Shown piece by piece: positions 9,679 to 18,649 of a DNA stretch of 64,000 nucleotides (positions are counted from its first letter, which is position 1; every line of letters starts with the position of its first letter). The stretch lies in assembly GCA_965216755.1 (NCBI GenBank), contig CBDCGL010000011.1, positions 2,688,001 through 2,752,000 on the forward strand. The letters are read 5' to 3'. The position numbers were made by a program, and so were the translations under genes. The DNA is from Alphaproteobacteria bacterium (GTDB taxonomy: Bacteria > Pseudomonadota > Alphaproteobacteria > UBA7887). The notes beneath the pieces were generated by a model. That model searched no databases. It was not told the DNA's origin and worked only from the letters and a program-made list of their open reading frames with translations.

Positions 9679-10974
9679 ATGACCGCGGCGATCATTCTTT
9701 TCTGCCTGTTCGCGGCTCTGTTGATCGGCATCGACGTTGCCTTTGTGCTGGCGGGATTGGGCGTGCTGTTATTGCTAGTCGGTGGCTTCTCGCCACTGAT
9801 GATCCCGCAGGCCTTGTTGTCCAGCATGGACAATTTCATCCTGTTGGCGGTGCCTCTATTTATTTTGATGTCAAATGTTTTGCTGCGCGGCGGCGCCGGC
9901 GACCGCCTGTTTGCGGCCGTGCAAAGCTGGATCGGCCATTGGCCCGGTGGTCTGGCGGTGGCGACGATCGTCAGTTGTGCGATCTTCGCCGCCATCTCTG
10001 GATCCTCCGTGGCGACGGCGGCAACCATTGGCACGGTTGCGATCCCAGCCATGGTCAGTCGTGGCTACGAACGGCGCTTTGTCTACGGCCTGCTGGCCGC
10101 CGGCGGCACGCTCGGCATTTTGATCCCACCATCCATTCCGATGATCGTATTCGGCTTTGTCACCTCCGAATCGATCGTTGATTTGTTCCTGGCCGGGATC
10201 GGCCCCGGACTATGCTTGGCGGCGGTCTTTGTCGCCTATGTGGTGGTGCGCGCCTGGCGCGGCGGCGGCTATCAATCGATGGCCCGCGCCTCGGCGCAGC
10301 AGCGCTTGACCGCCACACGCGGGGCTCTGCCGACGCTGGCACTTGCCGCCGTGATTATTTTCGGCATCTATTTTGGCGCCTTTACGCCGACCGAGGCCGC
10401 TGGAATCGGTTTCGTTGCCGCGTTGGTCATCACTATCGGCGTACACAGATCGCTCGGTGTGCGTGACTTGCCGCAGATCGCCATGGAGTCGATGAAAACC
10501 ACCGTTATGGTGCTGTTCATCATCGCCGGCGCCAAGGTGTTCGGCCAGGCAATCACCCTTTACCGGATTCCCCAAGATCTGACCACCGCCGTGGTCGGCA
10601 CACTGACGCATCCGCTGACATTCGTATTGGCCGTAAGCGCGCTGTTGCTGGTGTTGGGCTGTGTTCTTGAGACTCTGTCGATGATGTTGTTGATGCTGCC
10701 CATTATCCAACCCTCGTTTCAGGTCCTCGGCATCGATGCGATTTGGTTCGGCGTCATTTTTACGATGATGATCGAGTGCGCCTTGATCACGCCGCCGGTC
10801 GGGTTGAACTTGTTCATCATTCAGGCTGTCGCGCGCCAACACAGCGACGGCCAGGCTGTCGCTATCGGCGACGTGGTGCATGGCGTGTGGCCGTTCGTCG
10901 TGCTGATTTTGGTCACGGTCGGTGCAGTTATGATCGTGCCCGATATCGCTTTGTACATCCCATTTCGCTTGTGA
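9679..10974 (+). CDS. dctM: TRAP transporter large permease
   Basis: LLAVPLFIL, AISGSSVATA, GTLGILIPPSIP, FTPTEAA, ITPPVGLNLF. Confidence 0.93.
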   Translation: MTAAIILFCLFAALLIGIDVAFVLAGLGVLLLLVGGFSPLMIPQALLSSMDNFILLAVPLFILMSNVLLRGGAGDRLFAAVQSWIGHWPGGLAVATIVSCAIFAAISGSSVATAATIGTVAIPAMVSRGYERRFVYGLLAAGGTLGILIPPSIPMIVFGFVTSESIVDLFLAGIGPGLCLAAVFVAYVVVRAWRGGGYQSMARASAQQRLTATRGALPTLALAAVIIFGIYFGAFTPTEAAGIGFVAALVITIGVHRSLGVRDLPQIAMESMKTTVMVLFIIAGAKVFGQAITLYRIPQDLTTAVVGTLTHPLTFVLAVSALLLVLGCVLETLSMMLLMLPIIQPSFQVLGIDAIWFGVIFTMMIECALITPPVGLNLFIIQAVARQHSDGQAVAIGDVVHGVWPFVVLILVTVGAVMIVPDIALYIPFRL

Positions 10975-10992
10975 CATCTGGAGAAGGCCACC

Positions 10993-11910
10993 ATGTTTGC
11001 GGCACCGCCGGATATTGAAACCCGCCTGTTCACCCGCCTGCCCGACGAATTCCGCCGCCCAGGCGGCAAATCGCCCTGGGCGGACGTGCAAATGTTGGGC
11101 GGTTCCGTGGATTCGTTTCTCGAGGGGCCGTCATTCGATCGTGACGGTCATCTGTATGTGGTGGAAATCGCGTATGGACGCATATTTCGCGTTTCTCCCA
11201 CCGGTCAATGGACCTTGATCACCGAATATGATGGTGAGCCCAACGGCCTCAAGGTTCATCGCGACGGTCGGATCTGGGTTGCTGACTACAAGAACGGCAT
11301 TATGCAAGTTGACCCGAATAGCGGCACGGTCACGCCCGTTGTCGATCGCCACCGCCTGGAACGATTTAAAGGCGTCAATGATTTGTTTTTCGCCGCCAAC
11401 GGCGACTGTTATTTCACCGACCAAGGCCAAACCGGCTGGCACGACCCCAGCGGTCGCGTTTTTCGCTATCGCGCCGATCAGACGCTGACCCCCGTGTTGG
11501 GCGGCATTCCAAGCCCCAACGGCGTGGTCACGAACCACGACGAAAAGATTCTGTATGTCGCGGTGACCCGCGACAACAGCGTCTGGCGGTTACCTTTGTT
11601 GGCCGACGGACATGCCACCAAAGTCGGCGTATTCATCCAGCTTTCGGGCGGCAGCGCCGGCCCCGACGGCATGGCGCTGGACCAAGACGGCAATCTGGCG
11701 GTCGCCCATGCCGGCCTCGGCACGGTGTGGCTATTCGATCGACTGGGTGAGCCGATTGCGCGCGTGCGCTCATGCGCTGGTTCGATGACCACCAATGTCG
11801 CCTATGGCGGCGTCGACGGCCGCACTTTGTTTATCACCGAGTCGGAAACCAACAGCATCCTCACCGCCGAAATGCCGGTCGCCGGCCGAACGATGTTTAG
11901 CCATCTGTGA
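10993..11910 (+). CDS. SMP-30/gluconolactonase/LRE family protein
   Basis: FLEGPSFD, EPNGL, GVNDL, YFTDQ, PNG, GPDGMALD. Confidence 0.92.
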   Translation: MFAAPPDIETRLFTRLPDEFRRPGGKSPWADVQMLGGSVDSFLEGPSFDRDGHLYVVEIAYGRIFRVSPTGQWTLITEYDGEPNGLKVHRDGRIWVADYKNGIMQVDPNSGTVTPVVDRHRLERFKGVNDLFFAANGDCYFTDQGQTGWHDPSGRVFRYRADQTLTPVLGGIPSPNGVVTNHDEKILYVAVTRDNSVWRLPLLADGHATKVGVFIQLSGGSAGPDGMALDQDGNLAVAHAGLGTVWLFDRLGEPIARVRSCAGSMTTNVAYGGVDGRTLFITESETNSILTAEMPVAGRTMFSHL

Positions 11911-12340
11911 GTGCGGCAGGCTTTTGTCCCTCGACCAGGCGCAAGGCCATGCCGGGCCGATCATCGGGTCGCTGGGTAAAACCCAATCGTTTGTAGAAAG
12001 GCGCCTTGCCGACCGCTGCAAACAGTTTGATGTCTCGGACACCAGCATTTTTGCAGCAAGCCACCAGCATCTCGACAATGTGCGAACCGATCCCTCGCGA
12101 CCGGTAACCGGGCAAGACAATAATGTCGACGACCAAAGCGTACAGCACACCATCGGAAATCGCGCGGCCAATGCCGACCAAAAGGTCGCCATCATAGGCG
12201 GCGACGACCCATCGGCTGTCGCACAATGATCGACGCAAATCGCTGACGGAAACGCCGTAAACGTCGTTCCACCCCGACGTTTCGAAAACTTGGAGATAGT
12301 CTTCCGCCCTTGGCGGCTCGGTGACATAGGTGATCGACAT
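11897..12340 (-). CDS. GNAT family N-acetyltransferase
   Basis: VGIGRAISDG, DIIVLPGYRSRGIGS acetyl-CoA motif, FYKRLGF. Confidence 0.9.
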   Translation of the reverse strand: MSITYVTEPPRAEDYLQVFETSGWNDVYGVSVSDLRRSLCDSRWVVAAYDGDLLVGIGRAISDGVLYALVVDIIVLPGYRSRGIGSHIVEMLVACCKNAGVRDIKLFAAVGKAPFYKRLGFTQRPDDRPGMALRLVEGQKPAALTDG

Positions 12341-12386
12341 GGTCTGTTGCTTCGAAGTGTGTGTGGAGACTGCGTGGATCGGACAC

Positions 12387-12420
12387 AAAAAAACCGCCAA
12401 GCGCGGGGCGCCGGCGGTTT
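12387..12420 (-). terminator. Intrinsic terminator / candidate attenuator hairpin
   Basis: Minus strand AAACCGCC-loop-GGCGGTTTTTTT. Confidence 0.7.
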
Positions 12421-12448
12421 CGGATCGGCTCAACGCCGCGGGCTTTCT

Positions 12449-12556
12449 TTAGCCCCAGCGGCGTGGCACGCGGAAACCCCGGCGCGCGGCGCGGCGGCCA
12501 CGACGGCGCAAATACTGACGCGACAAGGTTTCGAGCTCGTGCATTTGGATCATCAT
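12449..12556 (-). CDS. Putative 35-aa Arg-rich leader peptide MMIQMHELETLSRQYLRRRGRRAARRGFRVPRRWG
   Basis: Manually translated ORF below the ORF-track cut-off, lying between a candidate promoter (TTGACG-N18-TATAGC, 12594-12565) and a terminator. Confidence 0.45.
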   Translation of the reverse strand: MMIQMHELETLSRQYLRRRGRRAARRGFRVPRRWG

Positions 12557-12711
12557 GAGCCCACGCTATAACGTTGGTTGGCTGGTACCGTCAAGCGTCG
12601 TTTTAGAGATCGTCCAAGGTCCATCGAAAACCGCGGTCCCGTTGGCTTGACTCTTTGATTTCGGGTTCACTTGCCCCGATGGAAAGAGCCGCCGACCGAA
12701 CGCGAACCCGC

Positions 12712-13668
12712 TCAGCCCAGTTCGGCGCGCCCAATGTTGACAAACTTTTCGCGCCGCTTGGCGCGCAGTGTGCCGCCGGGAACAGCCAGTAGGGATTGCA
12801 TGGCTTCGTCCAACGCATCGCCAAGATGTGCGTAAACCACCGATGGTTCGCGATGGGCACCGCCGACCGGCTCGGCAATGATCTGATCGATGATTCCGAA
12901 TTCCGCCAAATCCTGCGCGGTCATCTTCAGGGCGACAGCCGCGTCTTCGGCTGCGTCTTGGTTGCGCCACAAGATCGAGGCGCAGCCCTCCGGTGAAATC
13001 ACTGAGTAGATCGCGTTTTCCAGCATCATCACATGATTGGCGGTGGCCAACGCGATGGCGCCGCCGGACCCACCCTCGCCGATGATCGCCGTGATCAAAG
13101 GCACCCGCACCGCGAGGCATTTCTCGGTCGACCGGGCGATGGCCTCGGACTGGCCGCGTTCCTCGGCACCGATACCCGGGTAAGCGCCCGGCGTATCGAT
13201 CAAGGTGATGATGGGCAGGCCGAACCGGTCGGCCAAGTCCATCAGCCGTACCGCCTTGCGATAGCCTTCAGGACGCGCCATGCCGAAATTGTGCGTGACC
13301 CGGCCGTCGGTGTCCGCACCTTTTTCGTGCCCCATAATCATGACCGCCTGGCCGCGAAAGCGCCCAAGACCGCCGATGATCGCTTGGTCGTCGCCAAACG
13401 CGCGATCGCCGGCCAGTGGCGTGAAATCCTCGATCAAAGCGTCGATGTAGTCGGTAAAATGCGGTCTCTCAGGATGCCGGGCGACTTGCGCCTTTTGCCA
13501 CGGGGAAAGGCGGCTATAGGTTTGCCTCAGCAGCCGTTCCGCCTTGGTCTGGAGATGGCTAATCTCGTCGATGATATTCAGTTCGCCGGCATCGCTGAGG
13601 TGACGTAACTCTTTGATTTTGCCTTCTAACTCGGCAATCGGCTTTTCGAAATCCAGAAACGTGTTCAT
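12712..13668 (-). CDS. accA: Acetyl-CoA carboxylase carboxyltransferase alpha subunit
   Basis: [57 protein letters not shown]. Confidence 0.98.
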   Translation of the reverse strand: MNTFLDFEKPIAELEGKIKELRHLSDAGELNIIDEISHLQTKAERLLRQTYSRLSPWQKAQVARHPERPHFTDYIDALIEDFTPLAGDRAFGDDQAIIGGLGRFRGQAVMIMGHEKGADTDGRVTHNFGMARPEGYRKAVRLMDLADRFGLPIITLIDTPGAYPGIGAEERGQSEAIARSTEKCLAVRVPLITAIIGEGGSGGAIALATANHVMMLENAIYSVISPEGCASILWRNQDAAEDAAVALKMTAQDLAEFGIIDQIIAEPVGGAHREPSVVYAHLGDALDEAMQSLLAVPGGTLRAKRREKFVNIGRAELG

Positions 13669-13686
13669 GGCCGCCCCAACGACGCG

Positions 13687-14595
13687 TCAGGATGCTGAAT
13701 TCGCAAGCGGGTGGTGCTGGCGCACGGTCGCCGCCAATCGTTCCGCCAGAACGTGGGTGTAGATCTCGGTCGTTGAAATATCCGCATGGCCAAGCATGGT
13801 TTGAACGCTACGCAAGTCCGCGCCATTGGCAAGCAGGTGGCTGGCAAAGGCATGCCGCAGCACGTGGGGTGAAATCATCTCCGGGTCAAGACCCGCTTCA
13901 ATGGCCAATTCTTTGATCTCTTGTCCAAGACGGCGGCGCGTCATATGCCCGCTGCGGCCACGCGATGGAAACAACCAAGGCGCGTCCGCATCGGCGACCA
14001 AGAATGTAGAACGAATTTCTAAATAAGCCGCCAATGCCGTCGACGCCGGGCCGCCCAGCGGCACCATGCGTTCACGTCCGCCCTTGCCGCGCACGATCAA
14101 CACGCCAAGGTCCTCGCGCAGCGCAGTACGCGGCAAGCCCACCAATTCAGAGACCCGCAGGCCGGTCGCGTAAAGCATCTCGACCAAGGCGGCGACGCGA
14201 ACGCCGCGTGGCCCGGGGCGCGCGTGCGCCGCCGCAAGCAGATCGTCCACTTGCTGTTCGCTGAGCATTTTCGGCAACGCCCGACGCGGTTTTGGCGAAT
14301 CAAGCACCGCGGTTGGATCATCGCCGCGCAATCCTTCCGCAAACAGGAACCCATACAGCTGGCGAATTGTCGACGTGCGCCGTGCTGCGGTGGTGGTCGC
14401 CAGACCGCGTGCGTTCAGATCGGCCAGATATGCGCGCAAATCGGTAACATCCACATCCGTTACGGTGACGCCGCGATCGCCGATGAAGGCGGTGAAATCG
14501 CCGAGGTCACGCCGATAGGCATCGACCGTGTTCACCGCGGCGCCGCGCTCGGCCAACAACATGTCGACAAACAGATCTATTGCCGGCTCGGACAC
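13687..14595 (-). CDS. xerD: Site-specific tyrosine recombinase XerD
   Basis: AERGAAVNTVDAY, LYATGLRVSELV, GKGGRER, HVLRHAFASHLL, LGHADISTTEIYTHV; next to accA. Confidence 0.95.
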   Translation of the reverse strand: MSEPAIDLFVDMLLAERGAAVNTVDAYRRDLGDFTAFIGDRGVTVTDVDVTDLRAYLADLNARGLATTTAARRTSTIRQLYGFLFAEGLRGDDPTAVLDSPKPRRALPKMLSEQQVDDLLAAAHARPGPRGVRVAALVEMLYATGLRVSELVGLPRTALREDLGVLIVRGKGGRERMVPLGGPASTALAAYLEIRSTFLVADADAPWLFPSRGRSGHMTRRRLGQEIKELAIEAGLDPEMISPHVLRHAFASHLLANGADLRSVQTMLGHADISTTEIYTHVLAERLAATVRQHHPLANSAS

Positions 14596-14662
14596 ATGGT
14601 TTCCTTAAGCAGACCGATCGGCCATAGCAATCTGCAAGTTCCCCGCGGCGATGGTCGAAACC

Positions 14663-16483
14663 CTAATATCTGCTCTCAACAACCGCCTCAACAGCCAATG
14701 CGCGTGCATCGTCGTCCAATCCCAGTGCCCGCAAGCTGCGCAACACCGACCCAAGCGCCAAGGGACTGGCCGTCGCGGGCCCGCCCGGCCCCAGCGCGAT
14801 AAGCCCGTAAAGGATCGCCAGACCGGTCTCGCCAGCCCGCACCGCGTCGCGCAAACCATAGCGGAGACCGACAACCGGGATCTCGGTCGTGACCGTCAGG
14901 GGCCCATTCAACATCATCGCCCAGCCCGATTTGCCGACTTCGTAACCCAATGCGTCGAGAACAATGAACATGCGCGCGATGCGTGCCGCGCGGGCCTCGC
15001 CACTGATCCCAATCGGCAGCCCGTTGGCCCAGCGTCGCGCCAACGCCGGCTTCCAAGAAGACTGCTTGCCGGCATTGGCGATGAACACGACGGGTCGGAC
15101 CAAATCGTAGAGCGCGCCCGCGTCCGAATCACCGCGTGCCGTGGTGCCCAACACTTCAAGCCAGGCTTCGGCCGTTTCAAACAATCCCAATTGCGCGGCT
15201 GCCACGGCCGCATCCGCGGCGTCCTCGGGTGCCGCCATCGCCGGTTTGACCGCCTGCAGCGACAACGCGCTGGCGCGGACAGCGACACCAAATGACGTCG
15301 CCGACGCGCCGCGGCGCCAAGCTTCACCCATATAGCGGACCCGCGCTTCATCCGAAGGCGCCTGACGAATGGCTTGATGAAGGACGGCACGGCTCCATGG
15401 CCCGGTCGTTTCTGCCGCGGCCTCAATGGGATTGGCCAAGTCGGACGGCGACACCACGATCTCGTCATAAAGCGCACTGAGCGCGACCGGCGCCAACGCG
15501 CCCATGGCCGCGGCCTGTTCACCGGCGGCCAAACGAAGCTCCGACGACAAAGTGCCCGAATCCGCCACCGAGCGCAGCAGACCTGGCGCGCCACTGGCGA
15601 TAAATGTATCGGGCAGTTCGACTTCCGCCGCGCGGACCATGGCAAGCGTCAGCGGCGACGGCACGACGTTGGCGACATCGCCCTTTCGATCGTCAATCAG
15701 TATCCTGGCCAAGGCGTCAAACCCGTCACCCGTCGAGTCGGTTTCACGTAACAGATCCAAGCTCAACCGCGCGGCGGTCGTTTCGCCCGCTGTCGCCTGG
15801 CAGAAAATCAAACCGCGCTGCCAATAAGGCGTCGCCGTGGCGCGAACTTGTTCGCGCACAATGGCGCACGCATCAGCGGCATTATTGGCCAGAAACAAGA
15901 GATCGGTCGCGCTTTGCGACAATGCCTGACCGCGACCGCGTTGGGGAACCTGGGCCAGCAGCGACTGCGCCGATTCGAATTCGGCAATATCGACCAGCGC
16001 GGTCAAACGCGCCGCCAAGAATGCGCCGCTCTCGCCGCGGCCAACCGGCGGTGGCGCGGCGGTCAGCACGAGTCGGCGCGTCAGGTCGCGCATCGCCGGC
16101 GAGCGTGCCGTGACCGGCAATCGCGCCATCAGCGACATCACCGTTTCGCGCTCACTGCCACGCCAAAGATTGTCGCCCAAGCCACCATCTCCGTCGTCCA
16201 GGGAGCCGAGCGCGTCAAAGTCCACATCAGCCAACCTGTTGACCGCGATGGTCGGCGTCGGTGGCGTGGTTGTCCCGCTATCGTTGGCAACTGGATCGGT
16301 GGCAACTGGATCAGTCCGATCTTGGGCGTTGCCAGATGTCGTTGTCGCCACCGCCAAAACAAACGGGCCCAGCGCGACAAGCGCTCTCAAGGCCTGCATG
16401 TGGCGCACAGTCAGCCGTGACAGGGCACGGTCCCGCAACAAAGTGAGCGGCGCCATCGCTGTATTAGCGCGGAAAACGGTCAT
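14663..16483 (-). CDS. Conserved hypothetical exported alpha-helical protein (xerD-aroK neighbourhood)
   Basis: 606-aa ORF, GGLGDNLWRGS, C-terminal LRALGLDDDARALAVE; start uncertain (alternative 16399); contains a 15-bp tandem duplication (TDPVA x2) near 16285-16312. Confidence 0.75.
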   Translation of the reverse strand: MTVFRANTAMAPLTLLRDRALSRLTVRHMQALRALVALGPFVLAVATTTSGNAQDRTDPVATDPVANDSGTTTPPTPTIAVNRLADVDFDALGSLDDGDGGLGDNLWRGSERETVMSLMARLPVTARSPAMRDLTRRLVLTAAPPPVGRGESGAFLAARLTALVDIAEFESAQSLLAQVPQRGRGQALSQSATDLLFLANNAADACAIVREQVRATATPYWQRGLIFCQATAGETTAARLSLDLLRETDSTGDGFDALARILIDDRKGDVANVVPSPLTLAMVRAAEVELPDTFIASGAPGLLRSVADSGTLSSELRLAAGEQAAAMGALAPVALSALYDEIVVSPSDLANPIEAAAETTGPWSRAVLHQAIRQAPSDEARVRYMGEAWRRGASATSFGVAVRASALSLQAVKPAMAAPEDAADAAVAAAQLGLFETAEAWLEVLGTTARGDSDAGALYDLVRPVVFIANAGKQSSWKPALARRWANGLPIGISGEARAARIARMFIVLDALGYEVGKSGWAMMLNGPLTVTTEIPVVGLRYGLRDAVRAGETGLAILYGLIALGPGGPATASPLALGSVLRSLRALGLDDDARALAVEAVVESRY

Positions 16484-16604
16484 CAGGCAGGATCTTTTCC
16501 ACAGGCGCCGTCGGCGCCGGAATGTCCCAGGTCATCAAAAAGACGATGCCCGCGACCAGACCGATAACGACCGTAAGACCGAGAACACGGTAGACATAGC
16601 GCAT
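16464..16604 (-). CDS. Small single-TM hypothetical protein (46 aa)
   Basis: Manual translation MRYVYRVLGLTVVIGLVAGIVFLMTWDIPAPTAPVEKILPDDRFPR; overlaps the start of the downstream gene. Confidence 0.7.
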   Translation of the reverse strand: MRYVYRVLGLTVVIGLVAGIVFLMTWDIPAPTAPVEKILPDDRFPR

Positions 16605-16846
16605 GGATTCGATGTCGGCTCAATGCCACAGGGTGAGACACGGCTTCAAGATGCGGCGACACACAGGCGCCGGCGCATTGCAGGGCAGCCCGGCGGGTGT
16701 GATAAGGTGCCGCCGCAACGGGTCGGCCGCACTTTATAAGGTTCGATCCGCGAGTTCAATCGGGCGACGATCAGACGAACCGCCCGGCCGATAACGAGCC
16801 GCTTAAATCCGGATTTGAACAAACAAGCGCCCCGACGGGAACGACG

Positions 16847-17431
16847 ATGTCAGCAAAGCAACCGCCCTTTCAGCCCAAGCGCACGATCGTTCTGGTCGGG
16901 CTGATGGGGGCCGGCAAGACCTCCATTGGCCGGCGCCTGGCGGGACGCCTGCATTTGGATTTCGTCGACGCCGATCGAGAGATCGAAGCGGCCGCTGGAT
17001 GTACCATCGAAGAGATTTTTGATCTTCACGGCGAAGCCGCGTTTCGAGACGGCGAACGGCGCGTCATTGCGCGGCTATTGAACGAACCAACACAGGTTTT
17101 GGCGACCGGTGGTGGCGCGTTCATGGCTCCGGAAACCCGTCAAGTGATCGCGGCCCATGGTCGGTCGGTGTGGTTACGGGCCACCCTTGACGTGCTGCAC
17201 AGGCGGGTCATGCGGCGTTCCAACCGGCCGCTTCTGAAACGCGGCGATCCCCGGGAGATTCTATCCAGGCTGATTGACCAACGCTATCCGATCTATGCCA
17301 CAGCGGACATCACTGTCGACAGTATTGACGAACCGCACGAAGCGATGGTGGACAAAATTATCGCCGCGTTAAAGGCGCGTCGCGTTCGGATGGCGCGCAC
17401 ACAGCCATGCATGCGGGACACGCATCCATGA
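16847..17431 (+). CDS. aroK: Shikimate kinase
   Basis: GLMGAGKTSIG P-loop, GEAAFRDGE, LATGGGAF, RPLL. Confidence 0.96.
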   Translation: MSAKQPPFQPKRTIVLVGLMGAGKTSIGRRLAGRLHLDFVDADREIEAAAGCTIEEIFDLHGEAAFRDGERRVIARLLNEPTQVLATGGGAFMAPETRQVIAAHGRSVWLRATLDVLHRRVMRRSNRPLLKRGDPREILSRLIDQRYPIYATADITVDSIDEPHEAMVDKIIAALKARRVRMARTQPCMRDTHP

Positions 17432-18543
17432 GCCACCACAGCACGGTCCATCTCGCGCTCGGCCCACGCAGTTACGACATTGTCGTCGGCGCTGGCCTGC
17501 TGGCGGACGCCGGCCGCCATTGTCAAGCCGTGGCCCGGGGCCGCCGGGCCATCGTCGTCACCGATGAAAACGTCGCCAAGTTGCACGGACCGGCCGTCAT
17601 GGCCTCATTGGCGGAAAGCGATTTTCTGCTCGACCAAATCGCGGTGCCGGCGGGCGAAACCGCCAAGTCGTTCGGACATCTGGAACGCCTGCTCGAGTCG
17701 ATCCTGGGCGCCGGCATCGATCGGTCGACCACGGTCATCGCGCTTGGCGGCGGCGTGGTTGGCGATCTAGCCGGATTTGCGGCCAGCGTCGCGCTCAGAG
17801 GCATCGACTTGATCCAAATGCCGACCACATTGCTTGCCCAGGTCGACAGCTCGGTCGGCGGGAAAACGGCGATCAACACCAAGGCCGGCAAGAACCTGGT
17901 CGGCAGCTTTCGTCAACCGCGCCTGGTGTTGGCGGACACGCAGACCCTCGATACCTTGCCACCGCGCGAGTTGCTGGCCGGGTACGCCGAAACCGCCAAA
18001 TATGGTCTGATTGACGACATCCGGTTCTTCGATTGGCTCGAGGCGCACGGACCTGCCGTGCTCGCCGGCAGCGGCGGCGCGCGACGCCAGGCCGTCGCGG
18101 CCTGCTGCACGGCCAAGGCCCGCGTCGTCGCCGCCGACGAAACCGAAGACGCGGGACGGGTGCTATTAAATCTCGGCCACACATTCGCCCATGCCTTAGA
18201 GTTGGAAAGCGGCTATGGCGGCGGCCTGCTGCATGGCGAAGCCGTCGCCATCGGCGTGGTCATGGCCTTCGATCTCTCGGTGCGTATGGGGCTGTGTCCG
18301 CCGGCGGACTTGGCCCGTATACGGCGGCATTGGCAACGCGTCGGCCTGCCCCAGGCGCCACCGGCAGATCTGATGGCCCGGTGTGATCCGACCACTTTGA
18401 TCAACCATATGCAGCGCGACAAAAAAGTCCGCGACGGGCGACCGACATTCATTCTGGCGCGCGGTATCGGTCAAGCATTTGTTGCCCACGATGTCACGCT
18501 TGATTTGGTCGCCGCGGTGCTGCGCGACGCGGCGACCGCTTGA
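17428..18543 (+). CDS. aroB: 3-dehydroquinate synthase
   Basis: GGGVVGDLAGF, PTTLLAQVDSSVGGKT, LNLGHTFAHALE, LHGEAVAIG. Confidence 0.97.
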   Translation: MSHHSTVHLALGPRSYDIVVGAGLLADAGRHCQAVARGRRAIVVTDENVAKLHGPAVMASLAESDFLLDQIAVPAGETAKSFGHLERLLESILGAGIDRSTTVIALGGGVVGDLAGFAASVALRGIDLIQMPTTLLAQVDSSVGGKTAINTKAGKNLVGSFRQPRLVLADTQTLDTLPPRELLAGYAETAKYGLIDDIRFFDWLEAHGPAVLAGSGGARRQAVAACCTAKARVVAADETEDAGRVLLNLGHTFAHALELESGYGGGLLHGEAVAIGVVMAFDLSVRMGLCPPADLARIRRHWQRVGLPQAPPADLMARCDPTTLINHMQRDKKVRDGRPTFILARGIGQAFVAHDVTLDLVAAVLRDAATA

Positions 18544-18649
18544 CGCCCGCTGGTCGAGCGGGCATAAGGCTTTGGGTCGGCTTGCGAACCCGACCTGTGT
18601 TTGATGTTGCCGCCCGCAGCGGTGCTATAGGGGTTGTACAAACCAGGCC

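Noticed and set aside
14459-14469. GTTACGGTGAC inside xerD matching the repeat arm
   Set aside because: Only 11 bp, encodes in-frame VTVT, and has no partner arm; probably chance
13687-14595. Tyrosine recombinase as a phage or island integrase
   Set aside because: Sequence and accA/aroK context fit housekeeping XerD; no att site or tRNA nearby
16806-16817. 12-bp palindrome AAATCCGGATTT upstream of aroK
   Set aside because: Single short palindrome with no match to an operator I know; insufficient evidence
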